Under the pieces are notes generated by a model that saw nothing but the letters and a program-made list of their open reading frames with translations, had not been told where the DNA came from and made no database searches. A stretch of DNA of 64,000 bases from assembly GCA_963665615.2 (NCBI GenBank), contig CAXXQE010000001.1, positions 265,151 to 329,150 on the forward strand, written 5' to 3'. Made by a program: the position numbers and the translations under genes. The DNA comes from Syntrophales bacterium. Lineage in GTDB: Bacteria; Desulfobacterota; Syntrophia; Syntrophales; UBA4778. Of the stretch, positions 49,725 to 60,472 are shown piece after piece. Each line of letters opens with the position of its first letter. The stretch's first letter is position 1.

Positions 49725-51301
49725 CGGTAAAAAGGCTATTGGCGGGGGGGATGTCCCTGCTTTGTCTGGTTGCATGTGCGCACACGGAGAACCTGCGGGG
49801 CATCAAGCGGGAAATTCAAATTCCCCCGGAAGCTGCAGCCGTGCCGCAAGCCCCAGCACAACCGGCTCCTCCTCCGGAGTTTGTCGAAGTTCGTGAAACA
49901 CCATCCCCCTTGAAAACAAAGATCGTCAATCTTACGGCGCGAAGCACCCCGCTGCAGGATGTGATGATGATGTTGACGCGAACAGGGGGGCTGAACCTCC
50001 TGATCGACCAGGACGCCGATCTCACGATTCCCGTTACGATGGAGCTCAGAAACGTGACGGTGGAGGAGGCCTTGGAAAAGGTCTTCTCGGCGGTGCCTTA
50101 CTTTTATGAGGTCAAAGGCAACCTGCTGGCCGTGAAGCTGACCGAGACGAAGATTTTTGAGTTGGGTCAGCCGTCGGTGATCCAGAGTTATTCAACGGAT
50201 GTCGGTGGGGATATTCTCGGTTCGGCAATGGCGAGCGTCGGCTCGGGCAGTCAGCTGAAGGGGGGCATCGAGCAGAAGACGGAAAGCGACAAGACAGCTT
50301 ACAACTTTTGGGACGTCATTGAAAAATCGATTGAAAAACTGTTGGCGCCTCAAACAGGGACAGCTGCTCCTGCGCCGGCCGGGCCGGCGACAGCCGCAGC
50401 GTCCGCTGCATCGGCTGCTGCTTTCCGTCAGTCTGTTACGGTTAACCGGATGACGGGAACCATCATGGTCACCGCCAACAAGCGAAACCTGCGTCAGATC
50501 GAGGACTATATCGGCAACATCAAGAAGGTGATGGCGCGGCAGGTGCTCGTGGAAGCCAAGGTGATCGAGGTGACCCTCAGCGATGGTTTGAAATTCGGCA
50601 TCGATTGGAGCGCACTCGTTACGCTTAACAACCGCCAAACGCTCAGTCTCGGGACGACCAATTTTGCCAGTGTGGTTCCCAGTTCCAGTCCCGGCTTCTT
50701 CGCCGGAACGACGGCCTCAGATCTCACAACACTCCTCAACGCGCTTCAGACGCAAGGGGAGGTGCGGACGCTGTCGAATCCCCGTGTCAATATTCTCAAT
50801 GGCCAGACGGCGCTTCTGAGTGTTGGAACAAGCGTCGGATTCATTTCCTCAGTACAAACGACTCAAACGACAACGGCGGGCTCTTCTCCGACCATTACCT
50901 ATACCATCTCTACCGGCAATATTTTGTCAGGGATCATGATCGGCCTGGTTCCCCATATCAGCGAATCCGGTGAAATCTCGCTGGCCATTACCCCGATTGT
51001 TTCCGATCTTCAATCCCTGACCGATGAGAAGTTCGGCACGCCCGATTCGCAGGGGAATTATCCTTACCGGATTCAGCTTCCCAAGGTGAATTTGAGGCAG
51101 CTCAGCACCAGCGTCAGGGTGCAGAGCAATCAGTTGGTGGTCATCGGGGGACTCATTTCAAAGCATGAGGAATTGACAGACAATCAGGTCCCCATATTGG
51201 GCAGCCTCCCGGGAATCGGTTATCTGTTCAAACAGAGGGACAAGAGTGTTTCGCATGTGGAACTGGTTGTGATGCTGAGGCCAGTCATCATTTCAAAGTA
51301 G
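49721..51301 (+). CDS. mshL: Lipoprotein secretin, MshL-type
   Basis: Lipobox LVAC, STN domain, QVLVEAKVIEV, LSNPRV..LNGQTA, VIGGLI, VPILGSLP. Confidence 0.88.
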   Translation: MTVKRLLAGGMSLLCLVACAHTENLRGIKREIQIPPEAAAVPQAPAQPAPPPEFVEVRETPSPLKTKIVNLTARSTPLQDVMMMLTRTGGLNLLIDQDADLTIPVTMELRNVTVEEALEKVFSAVPYFYEVKGNLLAVKLTETKIFELGQPSVIQSYSTDVGGDILGSAMASVGSGSQLKGGIEQKTESDKTAYNFWDVIEKSIEKLLAPQTGTAAPAPAGPATAAASAASAAAFRQSVTVNRMTGTIMVTANKRNLRQIEDYIGNIKKVMARQVLVEAKVIEVTLSDGLKFGIDWSALVTLNNRQTLSLGTTNFASVVPSSSPGFFAGTTASDLTTLLNALQTQGEVRTLSNPRVNILNGQTALLSVGTSVGFISSVQTTQTTTAGSSPTITYTISTGNILSGIMIGLVPHISESGEISLAITPIVSDLQSLTDEKFGTPDSQGNYPYRIQLPKVNLRQLSTSVRVQSNQLVVIGGLISKHEELTDNQVPILGSLPGIGYLFKQRDKSVSHVELVVMLRPVIISK

Positions 51302-51321
51302 TATAGCAAGGGTATAGAACC

Positions 51322-52968
51322 ATGGCGACGGTTAGGATTGGAGATATTCTGCTTCAAAAGGGGCTTCTCAACGAGAACCAGATTCGCGTCGCGCTCGCCC
51401 AGCAGAAGATCACAGGGGATCTCATGGGCGCCGCTGTCGTCAACCTCGGGTTTATCACCTCCAAGGAGCTCGGCAGAGCCCTGGCAGAGCAGGCCGGAAT
51501 GGAGTTTATCGACCTGCGTGGCCAGCATATCTCGGAAGAGGCCTTGCGGCTGATTCCAAAAGAAACGGCGGAGGCTGCGGAATTCATCCCGATCGATATT
51601 ATCGACGGCCGGATGCGAATCGGGATTACCAATCCGAGCAACATCATTGCCATTGACCGGGTCGCGGCCCTGACGCGGTCGCAGCCGAAGATCTTTATGG
51701 TGGACGGCGACACGCTCAACGAGATGCTCGACAAGAGCTACTTTTTCTTCAAGAATCCGATTCGGGAGAATCGTGAAAAGCTTCTCGAGGCTATCCGTTC
51801 AACCGGCACAGCGGGCGGGACCGAAGTGACCACCTTGACCGATATGATCTTCATGGAGGGGATCCAGAAAGAGGCGACAGATATCCATATCACGCCCGGC
51901 ACCGATGCGGTCCATGTCTTTTACCGGATCGACGGCGTCCTTCATTTTGGTCACGGTCTGCCCAGTCTGGTCCATCCCGGTATCGTTTCCAGGGTCAAGA
52001 TCCTTTCCCGTCTGGATATCGCTGAGACGCGGCTTCCGCAGGATGGCTCCTTCACGTACGAGTTCCTCAATCGCAACTACGATATCCGGATTTCGACCAT
52101 TCCGACCATTCACGGCGAAAATGTGGTGATGCGGATTTTGGCGAGCGGAGGCTCCATGCCGAAGATCGATGCCCTCGGATTCCATGAAGAGCGGCTGAGG
52201 GAACTCAAGGCCCAGTTCCAGAAGCCTTACGGCGTTATCCTGATAGCCGGACCGACGGGATCGGGGAAAACCACGACGCTCTATGCTGCCCTGCGCGAAA
52301 TCAATATCCTTGAAAAGAATGTAATCACCGTAGAGGATCCCGTCGAATACAAACTCAGCCTGGTCCGGCAGAGCCAGGTCAACGACAAGGCAGGGTACGA
52401 TTTCGCCTTTGCGGCGCGGAACTTCATGCGACAAGATCCGGATGTCATGCTGATCGGCGAGATTCGCGATGAAGAAACCGCCCAGATCGCCATCCGGACG
52501 GCCATTACGGGGCATCTTGTGCTATCCACACTGCACACCAATGATGCCGCGACAACGGTGGCGAGGCTGCTGGACCTCAAGGTGGACAAGTTCATGCTGT
52601 CGTCTTCGCTGCTGGCCGTGGTTGCCCAGCGCCTGGCGCGAAAGCTCTGCCCCTATTGCAAAACGGAGTATGCGCCTTCGGAGGCTGAAAAGAAAAGTTT
52701 TACGGCTTACGGCCTTGCGGTCGAGCGGCTCTTCAAGGCGGCAGGGTGCGGCAATTGTAACGGCATTGGCTACAGCGGGCGCATTGTGGTCAGTGAGATG
52801 ATGATGATCGACGACGAACTGCGGGAACTCGTTTTTGCCAATGTGTCCGCCATTGCTCTTCGGGAGGCCGCTGTTCGCAAGGGCATGGTTTCGCTCCTGG
52901 TGGATGTCATGCAGAAGGTGGCCGCAGGAATTACCTCCGTTGAAGAAATGAACAGGGTGGTTGGATGA
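51322..52968 (+). CDS. GspE/PilB/MshE assembly ATPase with MshEN domain
   Basis: RIGDILLQKGLL, GPTGSGKTT, EDPVEY, RQDPDVMLIGEIRD, CxxC pairs. Confidence 0.95.
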   Translation: MATVRIGDILLQKGLLNENQIRVALAQQKITGDLMGAAVVNLGFITSKELGRALAEQAGMEFIDLRGQHISEEALRLIPKETAEAAEFIPIDIIDGRMRIGITNPSNIIAIDRVAALTRSQPKIFMVDGDTLNEMLDKSYFFFKNPIRENREKLLEAIRSTGTAGGTEVTTLTDMIFMEGIQKEATDIHITPGTDAVHVFYRIDGVLHFGHGLPSLVHPGIVSRVKILSRLDIAETRLPQDGSFTYEFLNRNYDIRISTIPTIHGENVVMRILASGGSMPKIDALGFHEERLRELKAQFQKPYGVILIAGPTGSGKTTTLYAALREINILEKNVITVEDPVEYKLSLVRQSQVNDKAGYDFAFAARNFMRQDPDVMLIGEIRDEETAQIAIRTAITGHLVLSTLHTNDAATTVARLLDLKVDKFMLSSSLLAVVAQRLARKLCPYCKTEYAPSEAEKKSFTAYGLAVERLFKAAGCGNCNGIGYSGRIVVSEMMMIDDELRELVFANVSAIALREAAVRKGMVSLLVDVMQKVAAGITSVEEMNRVVG

Positions 52969-54179
52969 ACCAGTTCACCTACAGGGCCCTGAGTCCATCG
53001 GGTAAAGAGATTCGGGGGATGGCGACGGGTGCGGATGAGGCGGTCGTTTACGACCAGCTAACCGAGCAGGGCCTGTACGTCCTTCACATCAGGAGCTCGA
53101 CGCGGCTTTTTAAATACCTGTCCGACAAGCTACTGGCCTGGCAGATCAAGCGACACGACGTGATCGAGTTTTGCGCCAATCTGGCGACGATGCTGCGGGC
53201 GGGCATTCCCCTGATGACAGCGCTCGATGATATCATCAGCACCATGAGCAATCAACGGATGCGGGTCGTGGTCGGTGAAGTTCGAAAAAACGTCGAGCTG
53301 GGCGTGAGTTTCTCGAATGCGCTGTCGCTGTATGAAAACGCCTTCCCGGATATTCTTGTCCGTCTCGTCCGCGTCGGCGAAGAGACCGGACGCATCGATA
53401 ACAGTCTGGCAGAGGTCGCGCAGCATCTGCAACGTCTCGAGGATTTGAGCGCTGCGGTGCGTCAGGCGATGATCTATCCGCTCTTTTCGCTGCTGACGAC
53501 GGGGGGCGCCGTGATCTTCTGGCTGGTCTACGTGCTGCCGCGCATGATGGAAGTCATTGTCGGCATGGGGGTCAAGATGCCGCTGTTGACGCGGATTCTC
53601 TATGAGGCAAGCAGGTTCTCCGTGCGCTTCTGGTACCTGTTCCTGGTGGTCCCGCTGGTCTGTTTGGTCCTCTATCAGGGGATGCGGATCCGGCCGAAGA
53701 CGGCTTATTGGATCGATCTGTTTAAGCTCAAGGCGCCGTTATTTCGTACATTGGTCCATCATAAACTCTTGGCCCTGCTGGCGGAGCAGCTGCGGTTGCT
53801 TCTATCCGCCGGCATTACGATCGATCGGGCCCTGGAGATTACGGCGGACGTGATGGGCAATGCGGTCTTCAGACGGAGAATTTTGGAGGCCCGCGAGGAT
53901 GTCATGTCAGGCAAGCGGCTTTCGGCGTCCCTGTCGGTCCACGGCGTTTTTCCTCAGCTTTTTATCCGCATGTTGACCATCGGCGAGAGCAGCGGCCGGA
54001 TGGAGCAGCAGTTCGGCTATCTATCGGAGCACTACTACAAGGTCGTGGACCGTTTTTCACAGAAGATCGGCAAGATCGTGGAGCCTGTTTTTCTCATCGT
54101 CCTCGGGTGCATTATGGGTACGATGATTGCGGGCATTCTTCTGCCAATGTACGACATCTTCTCCAAGGTGACCGGGTAA
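52965..54179 (+). CDS. GspF/PilC/MshG inner-membrane platform protein
   Basis: AGIPL, GEETG, AMIYP, GESSG, VEP. Confidence 0.95.
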   Translation: MNQFTYRALSPSGKEIRGMATGADEAVVYDQLTEQGLYVLHIRSSTRLFKYLSDKLLAWQIKRHDVIEFCANLATMLRAGIPLMTALDDIISTMSNQRMRVVVGEVRKNVELGVSFSNALSLYENAFPDILVRLVRVGEETGRIDNSLAEVAQHLQRLEDLSAAVRQAMIYPLFSLLTTGGAVIFWLVYVLPRMMEVIVGMGVKMPLLTRILYEASRFSVRFWYLFLVVPLVCLVLYQGMRIRPKTAYWIDLFKLKAPLFRTLVHHKLLALLAEQLRLLLSAGITIDRALEITADVMGNAVFRRRILEAREDVMSGKRLSASLSVHGVFPQLFIRMLTIGESSGRMEQQFGYLSEHYYKVVDRFSQKIGKIVEPVFLIVLGCIMGTMIAGILLPMYDIFSKVTG

Positions 54180-54185
54180 CGTCTC

Positions 54186-55367
54186 ATGAGTTATCTTGAA
54201 TTTTTCAATCTCAAGGAGGATCCCTTCGGGCTGACGCCGGATACCGACTTTTTCTATCCGTCGAAGGCCCACAGCGACGTTCTGGATTCCCTTGATTATG
54301 CGGTCGAACAGAAAGAGGGCTTCTCATTGGTGACCGGTGAACCGGGGACCGGCAAGACGACACTGCTCAAGATCTTCATTCACCGATGGCATGAGCGGGC
54401 GGAGGTTGCCCTGATTCTTACGCCAAGGCTCTCCGGCGGGGAACTCCTTCAAGCCGTGCTGGACGATCTTGACATTCCGTCCCCGGCCAATAAGAACGAC
54501 CAGATCGCCGCCTTTCGCGACTTTTTGATTGATCGCTGCCAGGCAGGCAAACGGGTTCTGATTATTGTCGATGAGGCGCAGAATCTCTCCGAGGACGCCC
54601 TGGAAGAACTGCGTCTGCTGTCCAATCTGGAGACGGAGAAGGAGAAACTGCTCCAGATTATTCTGGTAGGGCAGCCGGAGTTGCTGATGCGACTCCAATC
54701 CGAGCAACTGCGCCAGCTTCATCAGCGAATGACCGTGAAGGTGGTCCTGCGCCCCCTGACATGTGAGGAGTTGGCCGACTATATGGCCTTTCGTCTGATT
54801 CGAGCCGGAACCGGCTCCGCGCTGATCGGTGACCCCGTCAAGCGGAAGATTTTCAAGGAAACCGGCGGAACGCCGCGTCTTATCAACCTTCTGTCATCGC
54901 GAACCATGATGGCGGCCTATATCGATTCCGCGCACCAGATCCGTCCGGTCCATGTGCGCACCGCCAAGGCTCATCTGTCGCTGGAACGGCGCCGCCGTGC
55001 AGGGCGCTTCGTGCCGGCTATGGCGGTCGGCGCCGCTATGGTTGTCTTGGCGGTTCTGGGGTTTCTTTATCTGGGGAAGGGTGTCTCGGCAAAGGCCGTT
55101 CAGCCTGGTAAGGCCGCTGATAAGGTGGCTGCGGTGATTCGGCCCGAACTAACCGTTGCGGTCGATATGGCCAGACTGCGCGAGGCGCCGTCCCTCAAGG
55201 CTGTGATTGCAGGGCGCGTTGGGCACGATGAACGGCTGGTTCGTCTGGACGAATGGGCGGAGCAGGGCGGCATCCACTGGTACCGGGTGCGCACTTCTTC
55301 CGGAAAGGAAGGCTGGATCGCTGGGGGCACGGTCCGGGAAATCCTACCGCAGGTCGGAACGCCCTAG
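54186..55367 (+). CDS. ExeA/MshM AAA ATPase with TM and C-terminal SH3-like domain
   Basis: PFGLTPD, GEPGTGKT, VDEAQ, VGQPEL, GTPRLIN; WYRV..EGWI tail. Confidence 0.92.
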   Translation: MSYLEFFNLKEDPFGLTPDTDFFYPSKAHSDVLDSLDYAVEQKEGFSLVTGEPGTGKTTLLKIFIHRWHERAEVALILTPRLSGGELLQAVLDDLDIPSPANKNDQIAAFRDFLIDRCQAGKRVLIIVDEAQNLSEDALEELRLLSNLETEKEKLLQIILVGQPELLMRLQSEQLRQLHQRMTVKVVLRPLTCEELADYMAFRLIRAGTGSALIGDPVKRKIFKETGGTPRLINLLSSRTMMAAYIDSAHQIRPVHVRTAKAHLSLERRRRAGRFVPAMAVGAAMVVLAVLGFLYLGKGVSAKAVQPGKAADKVAAVIRPELTVAVDMARLREAPSLKAVIAGRVGHDERLVRLDEWAEQGGIHWYRVRTSSGKEGWIAGGTVREILPQVGTP

Positions 55368-56351
55368 TGCCTTCAGGCGTTCTTCGGCGGTGTGCCAGTC
55401 TTTGGCGCCTCGGTCGATCGTTGATAGGACGGTCTGGTAGTGATTGACGGCAAGCGCGATCTGCCCCTGTTGTTCGGCGATTCGCGCCAGACCCAGATAG
55501 CCCGTGCTATCGGCCATCTCGGCGAGCCTGCTGTAGCAGGCCATCGCCTTTTCGGCGATCTTTTTCTTTTCATAGTGGATGCCGAGATTGACAAGGGCGA
55601 AGCGATTGGCAGGCTCCAGCGTCAGCGCCTGCTCGAGGCACGACTCGCCCTGTGCGTCTTTTCCGCTACGGAAAGATGCGATGCCCAGATTGATGAGGGC
55701 GGGCACATAGTCCTTGCGGACTTGCAGAGCCATCGTGGCATAGCGCGTCGCATTGCCGAGGTCTCCCGAGCGCAAATAGAGCGCGGCCATGTTGTTCATA
55801 ACGATATGGTTGACAGGATCGGAGGCCAACGCCCGGTTGTAGGCCGCAAGCGCACCAGCGTCATCGCCTCGCTGCTCCAGGGCCCGGGCGGTTTGAAGCG
55901 CCCCGTCACGATCCGGATCTTCAGAGGAAGTCGGCCGGTTCTCTGTGGTTCTCTGGATGGGTGGTGTTCGTTCCTCAGGCGGGAGCGGCAGTCGGGCGGT
56001 CTTTTCTTTGGGAGCGAAGCGATGAACGGGCGCTGCCGATACATTGGGAAAAGCCATCATGGTCGGGGCGGCAGCCTTCGGCGCGGCCATGGGCAGAGGG
56101 TTAATGCGGGTTGCAACGACCGTAACAGGTGGAACCGTTCGGGGTTTGATGTTTCCCAGTCGGTCGAGCATGTAGAGTGCCCCCAGACCCGTCAGCAGAA
56201 AAAGGGTGGTCAAGAGGATCGCCAGGGTCCTGAAACGGTTCTCCCTTGCTCTGATGCCTCGCCCCACCATGGTTTCCCGGAGGAGGGGCGGTACGTTGCG
56301 TTTCGGTTCCTGGCGTTTCACCTGGGCAAGCAGATCGGTCAGGAGGCTCAT
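55344..56351 (-). CDS. TM + TPR protein (MshN-like)
   Basis: MSLLTDLL start, TM, Pro-rich linker, TPR repeats. Confidence 0.75.
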   Translation of the reverse strand: MSLLTDLLAQVKRQEPKRNVPPLLRETMVGRGIRARENRFRTLAILLTTLFLLTGLGALYMLDRLGNIKPRTVPPVTVVATRINPLPMAAPKAAAPTMMAFPNVSAAPVHRFAPKEKTARLPLPPEERTPPIQRTTENRPTSSEDPDRDGALQTARALEQRGDDAGALAAYNRALASDPVNHIVMNNMAALYLRSGDLGNATRYATMALQVRKDYVPALINLGIASFRSGKDAQGESCLEQALTLEPANRFALVNLGIHYEKKKIAEKAMACYSRLAEMADSTGYLGLARIAEQQGQIALAVNHYQTVLSTIDRGAKDWHTAEERLKALGRSDLR

Positions 56352-56579
56352 GGGAGATAGTCCTTTCAACACGGCGGTGGCGCTCTTTTTTATTCAGAAG
56401 TGAGAAATCGTTAAAGAAAACTGCCGAGTTGACGATTTATACAGCGGAGAGATTGGAATTGCAAATTGAATTCACATCGGGTAACAATCTGCAACCAAAG
56501 AAACATTCATGAGTTTCTACAGTTGGATTCGAAGACTCTGAAATTATGATCTTGATATCGGACTCAAAGGAGGGGATGG

Positions 56580-57197
56580 ATGAAAGATTTGAATAGAAGG
56601 AAGAGTGAAAAGGGGTTTACCCTGGTGGAACTGGCGATTGTTCTGGTCATTATCGGTATTCTCCTGGGGGGCATCATCAAGGGGCAGGAGCTCATCAAGA
56701 ATGCCAAGATCAAAAGGACGTTTAATGCCGCAAAGGAGATTTCGGCCGCCATCAATACTTACTACGATCGCTATAAGGTCTATCCGGGGGATGACACCGC
56801 CGCAACGACGAGATTTAATCCCCTGACCTATGCGGTTACGAACGGCAATGGCAACGGGCTCATCGCTGTTGGCGCCGCAAGCACGGCGCCGAACTTCGCC
56901 TGCGCATTGGGTACGGAACAGTGCGACATGTGGGCAGAGTTGAGAATGGCGGGGATTATCGACGGAACCGGGGCGACCAGTCCGACCCATCCTTATGGTG
57001 GTGCGATTGCCGTCTCCTATTACACGGTTCAGGGTCGGGCGGCGCACTGGATCAGCCTCCAGAATATTCCGTACGATGTGGCGCAGATCCTCGATCAGCA
57101 ATATGACGACGGCAATGCCCTGACCGGCAACATCCGCGGTACGGCCAACTATATGACGGCCACGAGCGGCGTATTTCAGATCGAGATTCTGTTCTAG
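56580..57197 (+). CDS. Type IV prepilin-like protein
   Basis: KG|FTLVELAIVLVIIGILLG. Confidence 0.93.
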   Translation: MKDLNRRKSEKGFTLVELAIVLVIIGILLGGIIKGQELIKNAKIKRTFNAAKEISAAINTYYDRYKVYPGDDTAATTRFNPLTYAVTNGNGNGLIAVGAASTAPNFACALGTEQCDMWAELRMAGIIDGTGATSPTHPYGGAIAVSYYTVQGRAAHWISLQNIPYDVAQILDQQYDDGNALTGNIRGTANYMTATSGVFQIEILF

Positions 57198-57293
57198 CCT
57201 TTTTTCATCTGGGACCGGCGTGTTCCTCAGGCATAAACGGGACGGGCGGGGAGATTTTCCTTTTCCCGTCCCTTGCTTATTTCAAGGGGCGAG

Positions 57294-58361
57294 ATGAAAG
57301 AAACACAGAGGGGCTTCACGCTGGTGGAGATGGCGATCGTTCTGGTCATTATCGGTCTTATCATGGGAACGGCAGTGACCATTTGGCGTTCTTCAATCGA
57401 GAGCACCAGGGCTTCCACGACCCGCGCCAACATGGACAATATCAAAAATGCCCTGCTCAGCTATGCGGCGGCCCAAGGGAAGCTTCCCTGCTCCGAGGCG
57501 ACGGCGCCTCCCAACAATGTCGGGACAGAGAGCCGGACCGGGGCCGGCGTCTGCTCCTGCGCGCAACCGCCTTGCTATGTCCCTTACCAAACGCTTCAAC
57601 TTCAGTTGCCCCGCGGTAACGACGCCTATGGCAACGCCTTTCGCTATGACGTCAGTTATGAAGCCAATGGTGGGAATGCCGGCGGGATGACGAACGCCAC
57701 GCAGGATACCTTCTGTGGTGTTCTGTACGAATACCTTGCGCATGCAACGGATACCGGTCAACCTAGGACGCCCTGCGTGACCAATCAGAATGACAACAAT
57801 GACAACGGCCAGATAGGCGCAGCCGGACAGGGATATGGCGTGGCGGCCGTTATTGTCAGTCAGACACCGGCAGGCAATCCGACGGGTCTTGCGCCGGGCT
57901 TGAAACTCAAGAACCAGGCCGGCACGCCTCGGGAATACGAGATGGCCAATCGAATGTCGGGTAACACGTATGGCGATCTGGTGGCGGAGTTGACCTTCGG
58001 AGAGTTGTACGGCAAGGTTTGTACGCCTCAGAAGACAAAAATCCGCATTCAGAACTATACGGGCGTGACGAAATACGTGCAGACTGCGCCAGGCGGGGCG
58101 TGTACGCCGATTGTTACCACCACGGGGTATGTGGATCTTTACCAGGGCACGGCGGTGACCTTTTACAACGACGTGGCCTGCACGACGGTTTGCGGTACCG
58201 GGACGCCCATCACGTTTAACATGGCCACCGTTGCACCGGCCTCCACGTTCGATGCCGGGACGATTGACTGGAACGGCGCGGGCATTCGGGGACGGGACGG
58301 ACGGGTCCAGATCACGACGGCTAATTGCACGCTCAGCAACAACGTCAACGCAACCCCGTAA
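57294..58361 (+). CDS. Large Cys-rich minor prepilin-like protein
   Basis: RG|FTLVEMAIVLVIIG; GKLPC, DAYGN. Confidence 0.9.
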   Translation: MKETQRGFTLVEMAIVLVIIGLIMGTAVTIWRSSIESTRASTTRANMDNIKNALLSYAAAQGKLPCSEATAPPNNVGTESRTGAGVCSCAQPPCYVPYQTLQLQLPRGNDAYGNAFRYDVSYEANGGNAGGMTNATQDTFCGVLYEYLAHATDTGQPRTPCVTNQNDNNDNGQIGAAGQGYGVAAVIVSQTPAGNPTGLAPGLKLKNQAGTPREYEMANRMSGNTYGDLVAELTFGELYGKVCTPQKTKIRIQNYTGVTKYVQTAPGGACTPIVTTTGYVDLYQGTAVTFYNDVACTTVCGTGTPITFNMATVAPASTFDAGTIDWNGAGIRGRDGRVQITTANCTLSNNVNATP

Positions 58362-58389
58362 GATTCGGATACGCAGAGGTCTGCATTCT

Positions 58390-59961
58390 ATGCATCCATG
58401 GTTTGAAAAAGGTCCGGGCTGGCGGTTTTGTTTGATTCTATGCCTCCTGGCGCTGTCTCCCGTTGTTGCCGTTCTCCTTTATATGCTCCATCATTTCGAT
58501 CTGGCGGATCGCACCGATTTTTTCCTTTGCGCGGCGTTGCTCTTGTTGTTTTATGCCGCCCTTGCCGCGCTTTACCTCGCCGTCAGGGTGTTGTTCAGGC
58601 GTGTTGATAGACCTGCGGATCAGGTGAACCGTTGCGAGCCAAAACCGGCATCCGGTACCGGGTTTGATGCGTCCGTCGCATCGCCGTCCGATTCTGATGC
58701 CCTGCTCAATAGCTTTCTGGATCGTGCCGTTGCCTTGACGCAAGCACGGAAGGGTTCCCTCTTTCTCGTTGATCGAAAACAGGCGACTTTGTCGCTGGTG
58801 AACGCCCGAGGCATTGAAGATCTGGCGGCGGGCGCCCGGATCCCGATAGACCAGGCTCCCCTTCTGAAGCGGGTTATTGCCGAACGCCGAATGCTGCTCG
58901 TTCACGACATTGAACGGGAGGCAGATATAGGACGCAAAAACAATCCGCGCTATGAGACACCATCCTTTCTGATCGTGCCGGTGTCGTCCGGTTCCGGGGA
59001 GGTTGTGGCTGTCATCAATCTCACCGGCAAGGAGGCCGGGGCCGTTTTCGACGCGCAGGATGCGGGGGCCCTCTCGATCGTGCAGACAGGGATCGGCATC
59101 AGCCTGGAAAACCGTCAGCTGCAAACACAACTGGAAATAACGATCGCCGATCTGACCGAAAAGAACAGGGAACTGGAAAAGGAGGTCGCGGCAAGGCGGG
59201 CGGCCGAGGCGTCGAAGAAGGAACTCTATGCGGAGTTGATCCGGACGGAGAAACTGGCTGCGGTTGGCACCTGCGCGGCCGGAATCGCCCACGAGCTCAA
59301 GAACCCGCTGGCGATCATCGTTCAGGGTGTCGCTTACCTTGAATCATCGCTGGCGACGGATCGCTCGATGCAAGATGTCACATCGAGGATCAACGATGCC
59401 GTAATGCGTGCGGATATGATCGTCAGGGGATTGTTGAGTTTTACTCGTCAGGTGCCGCTTCAGACAGAAAAGACGGATATGGCCAGCCTTGTCGATGAAA
59501 GTCTGGCCTTGATCGCCGAGAAACTCCGGGAAGGCGGGATTGCGGTCGTCAAACACTATGACGCGGATATACCCCCGGTTTTTGTTGACGGCGGACAGAT
59601 GAAACAGGTATTAATCAATGTCCTGATGAATGCGGTGGAGGCGCTAACCGCCGGTGGAACCATCACCGTGGACATCGGGTCGATTGCGGATGTGACGTTG
59701 GGCGTCTGTGTTGAATTGACGATTCGAGACTCAGGACCGGGCATGCCTGCGGATGTGCTGGCGATGGTGTTTGAACCCTTCTATACGACGAAGAACCATG
59801 GCGGTAATGTAGGGCTGGGGTTGTCTCTTTCCAAAGGAATCGTCGACATGCACCACGGAAAGATAACGATCAAGAGTCAGATGGCGCAGGGCACGATGGT
59901 GACGATCCGATTGCCGCTGGAAGGCCCTGCCTGCAATAGAATGTGCAGGGAGGCAACGTGA
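58390..59961 (+). CDS. Sensor histidine kinase (2 TM, GAF, HisKA, HATPase)
   Basis: AGIAHELKNPL, NAVEA, DSGPG, FEPFYTTK, GLGL. Confidence 0.93.
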   Translation: MHPWFEKGPGWRFCLILCLLALSPVVAVLLYMLHHFDLADRTDFFLCAALLLLFYAALAALYLAVRVLFRRVDRPADQVNRCEPKPASGTGFDASVASPSDSDALLNSFLDRAVALTQARKGSLFLVDRKQATLSLVNARGIEDLAAGARIPIDQAPLLKRVIAERRMLLVHDIEREADIGRKNNPRYETPSFLIVPVSSGSGEVVAVINLTGKEAGAVFDAQDAGALSIVQTGIGISLENRQLQTQLEITIADLTEKNRELEKEVAARRAAEASKKELYAELIRTEKLAAVGTCAAGIAHELKNPLAIIVQGVAYLESSLATDRSMQDVTSRINDAVMRADMIVRGLLSFTRQVPLQTEKTDMASLVDESLALIAEKLREGGIAVVKHYDADIPPVFVDGGQMKQVLINVLMNAVEALTAGGTITVDIGSIADVTLGVCVELTIRDSGPGMPADVLAMVFEPFYTTKNHGGNVGLGLSLSKGIVDMHHGKITIKSQMAQGTMVTIRLPLEGPACNRMCREAT

Positions 59962-60422
59962 TGTACGATCCAAGCAAGCCGGACGGACAAGGGTTCAACG
60001 GAGCCGGCGTCAACAATGCGGAAGAGCTGCGCAATAAGCTGAAGATCCTTTTGATTGATGACGAGGCCGACTTCTGTTATTTCGTCAAGCTCAATCTGGA
60101 GAAAACTGGGCGCTTTGAGGTGTTGACCGCGACGAACGGGCAGGACGGCATTGTTCTGGCCTCCCGGGAGCTGCCGGATCTGATTATTCTGGATGTTGTG
60201 ATGCCAGGATTGGGTGGTGGCGAGGTGGCGGCTCGACTGCAAGAGAGTCACAAGACGGGTCACATTCCCATTCTTTTCATTACGGCTATTGCTTCACGGA
60301 CGCAGGTTCAGGCGCATGAAGGCTTGATCGGCGGAAGAAAGTTCATTGCCAAGCCGGTCACCCCGGACGAGTTAATGGCAAAAATAGATGGGCTGGGGAT
60401 CAAACCACGCTCCTTAGTCTGA
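59958..60422 (+). CDS. Single-domain response regulator
   Basis: ILLIDDE, PDLIILDVVMP, FITA, AKP. Confidence 0.93.
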   Translation: MMYDPSKPDGQGFNGAGVNNAEELRNKLKILLIDDEADFCYFVKLNLEKTGRFEVLTATNGQDGIVLASRELPDLIILDVVMPGLGGGEVAARLQESHKTGHIPILFITAIASRTQVQAHEGLIGGRKFIAKPVTPDELMAKIDGLGIKPRSLV

Positions 60423-60472
60423 AGCGGGAACGTTCGTATATTGCGCGGACAGGTTTCCGGAAACCCGGTCGT

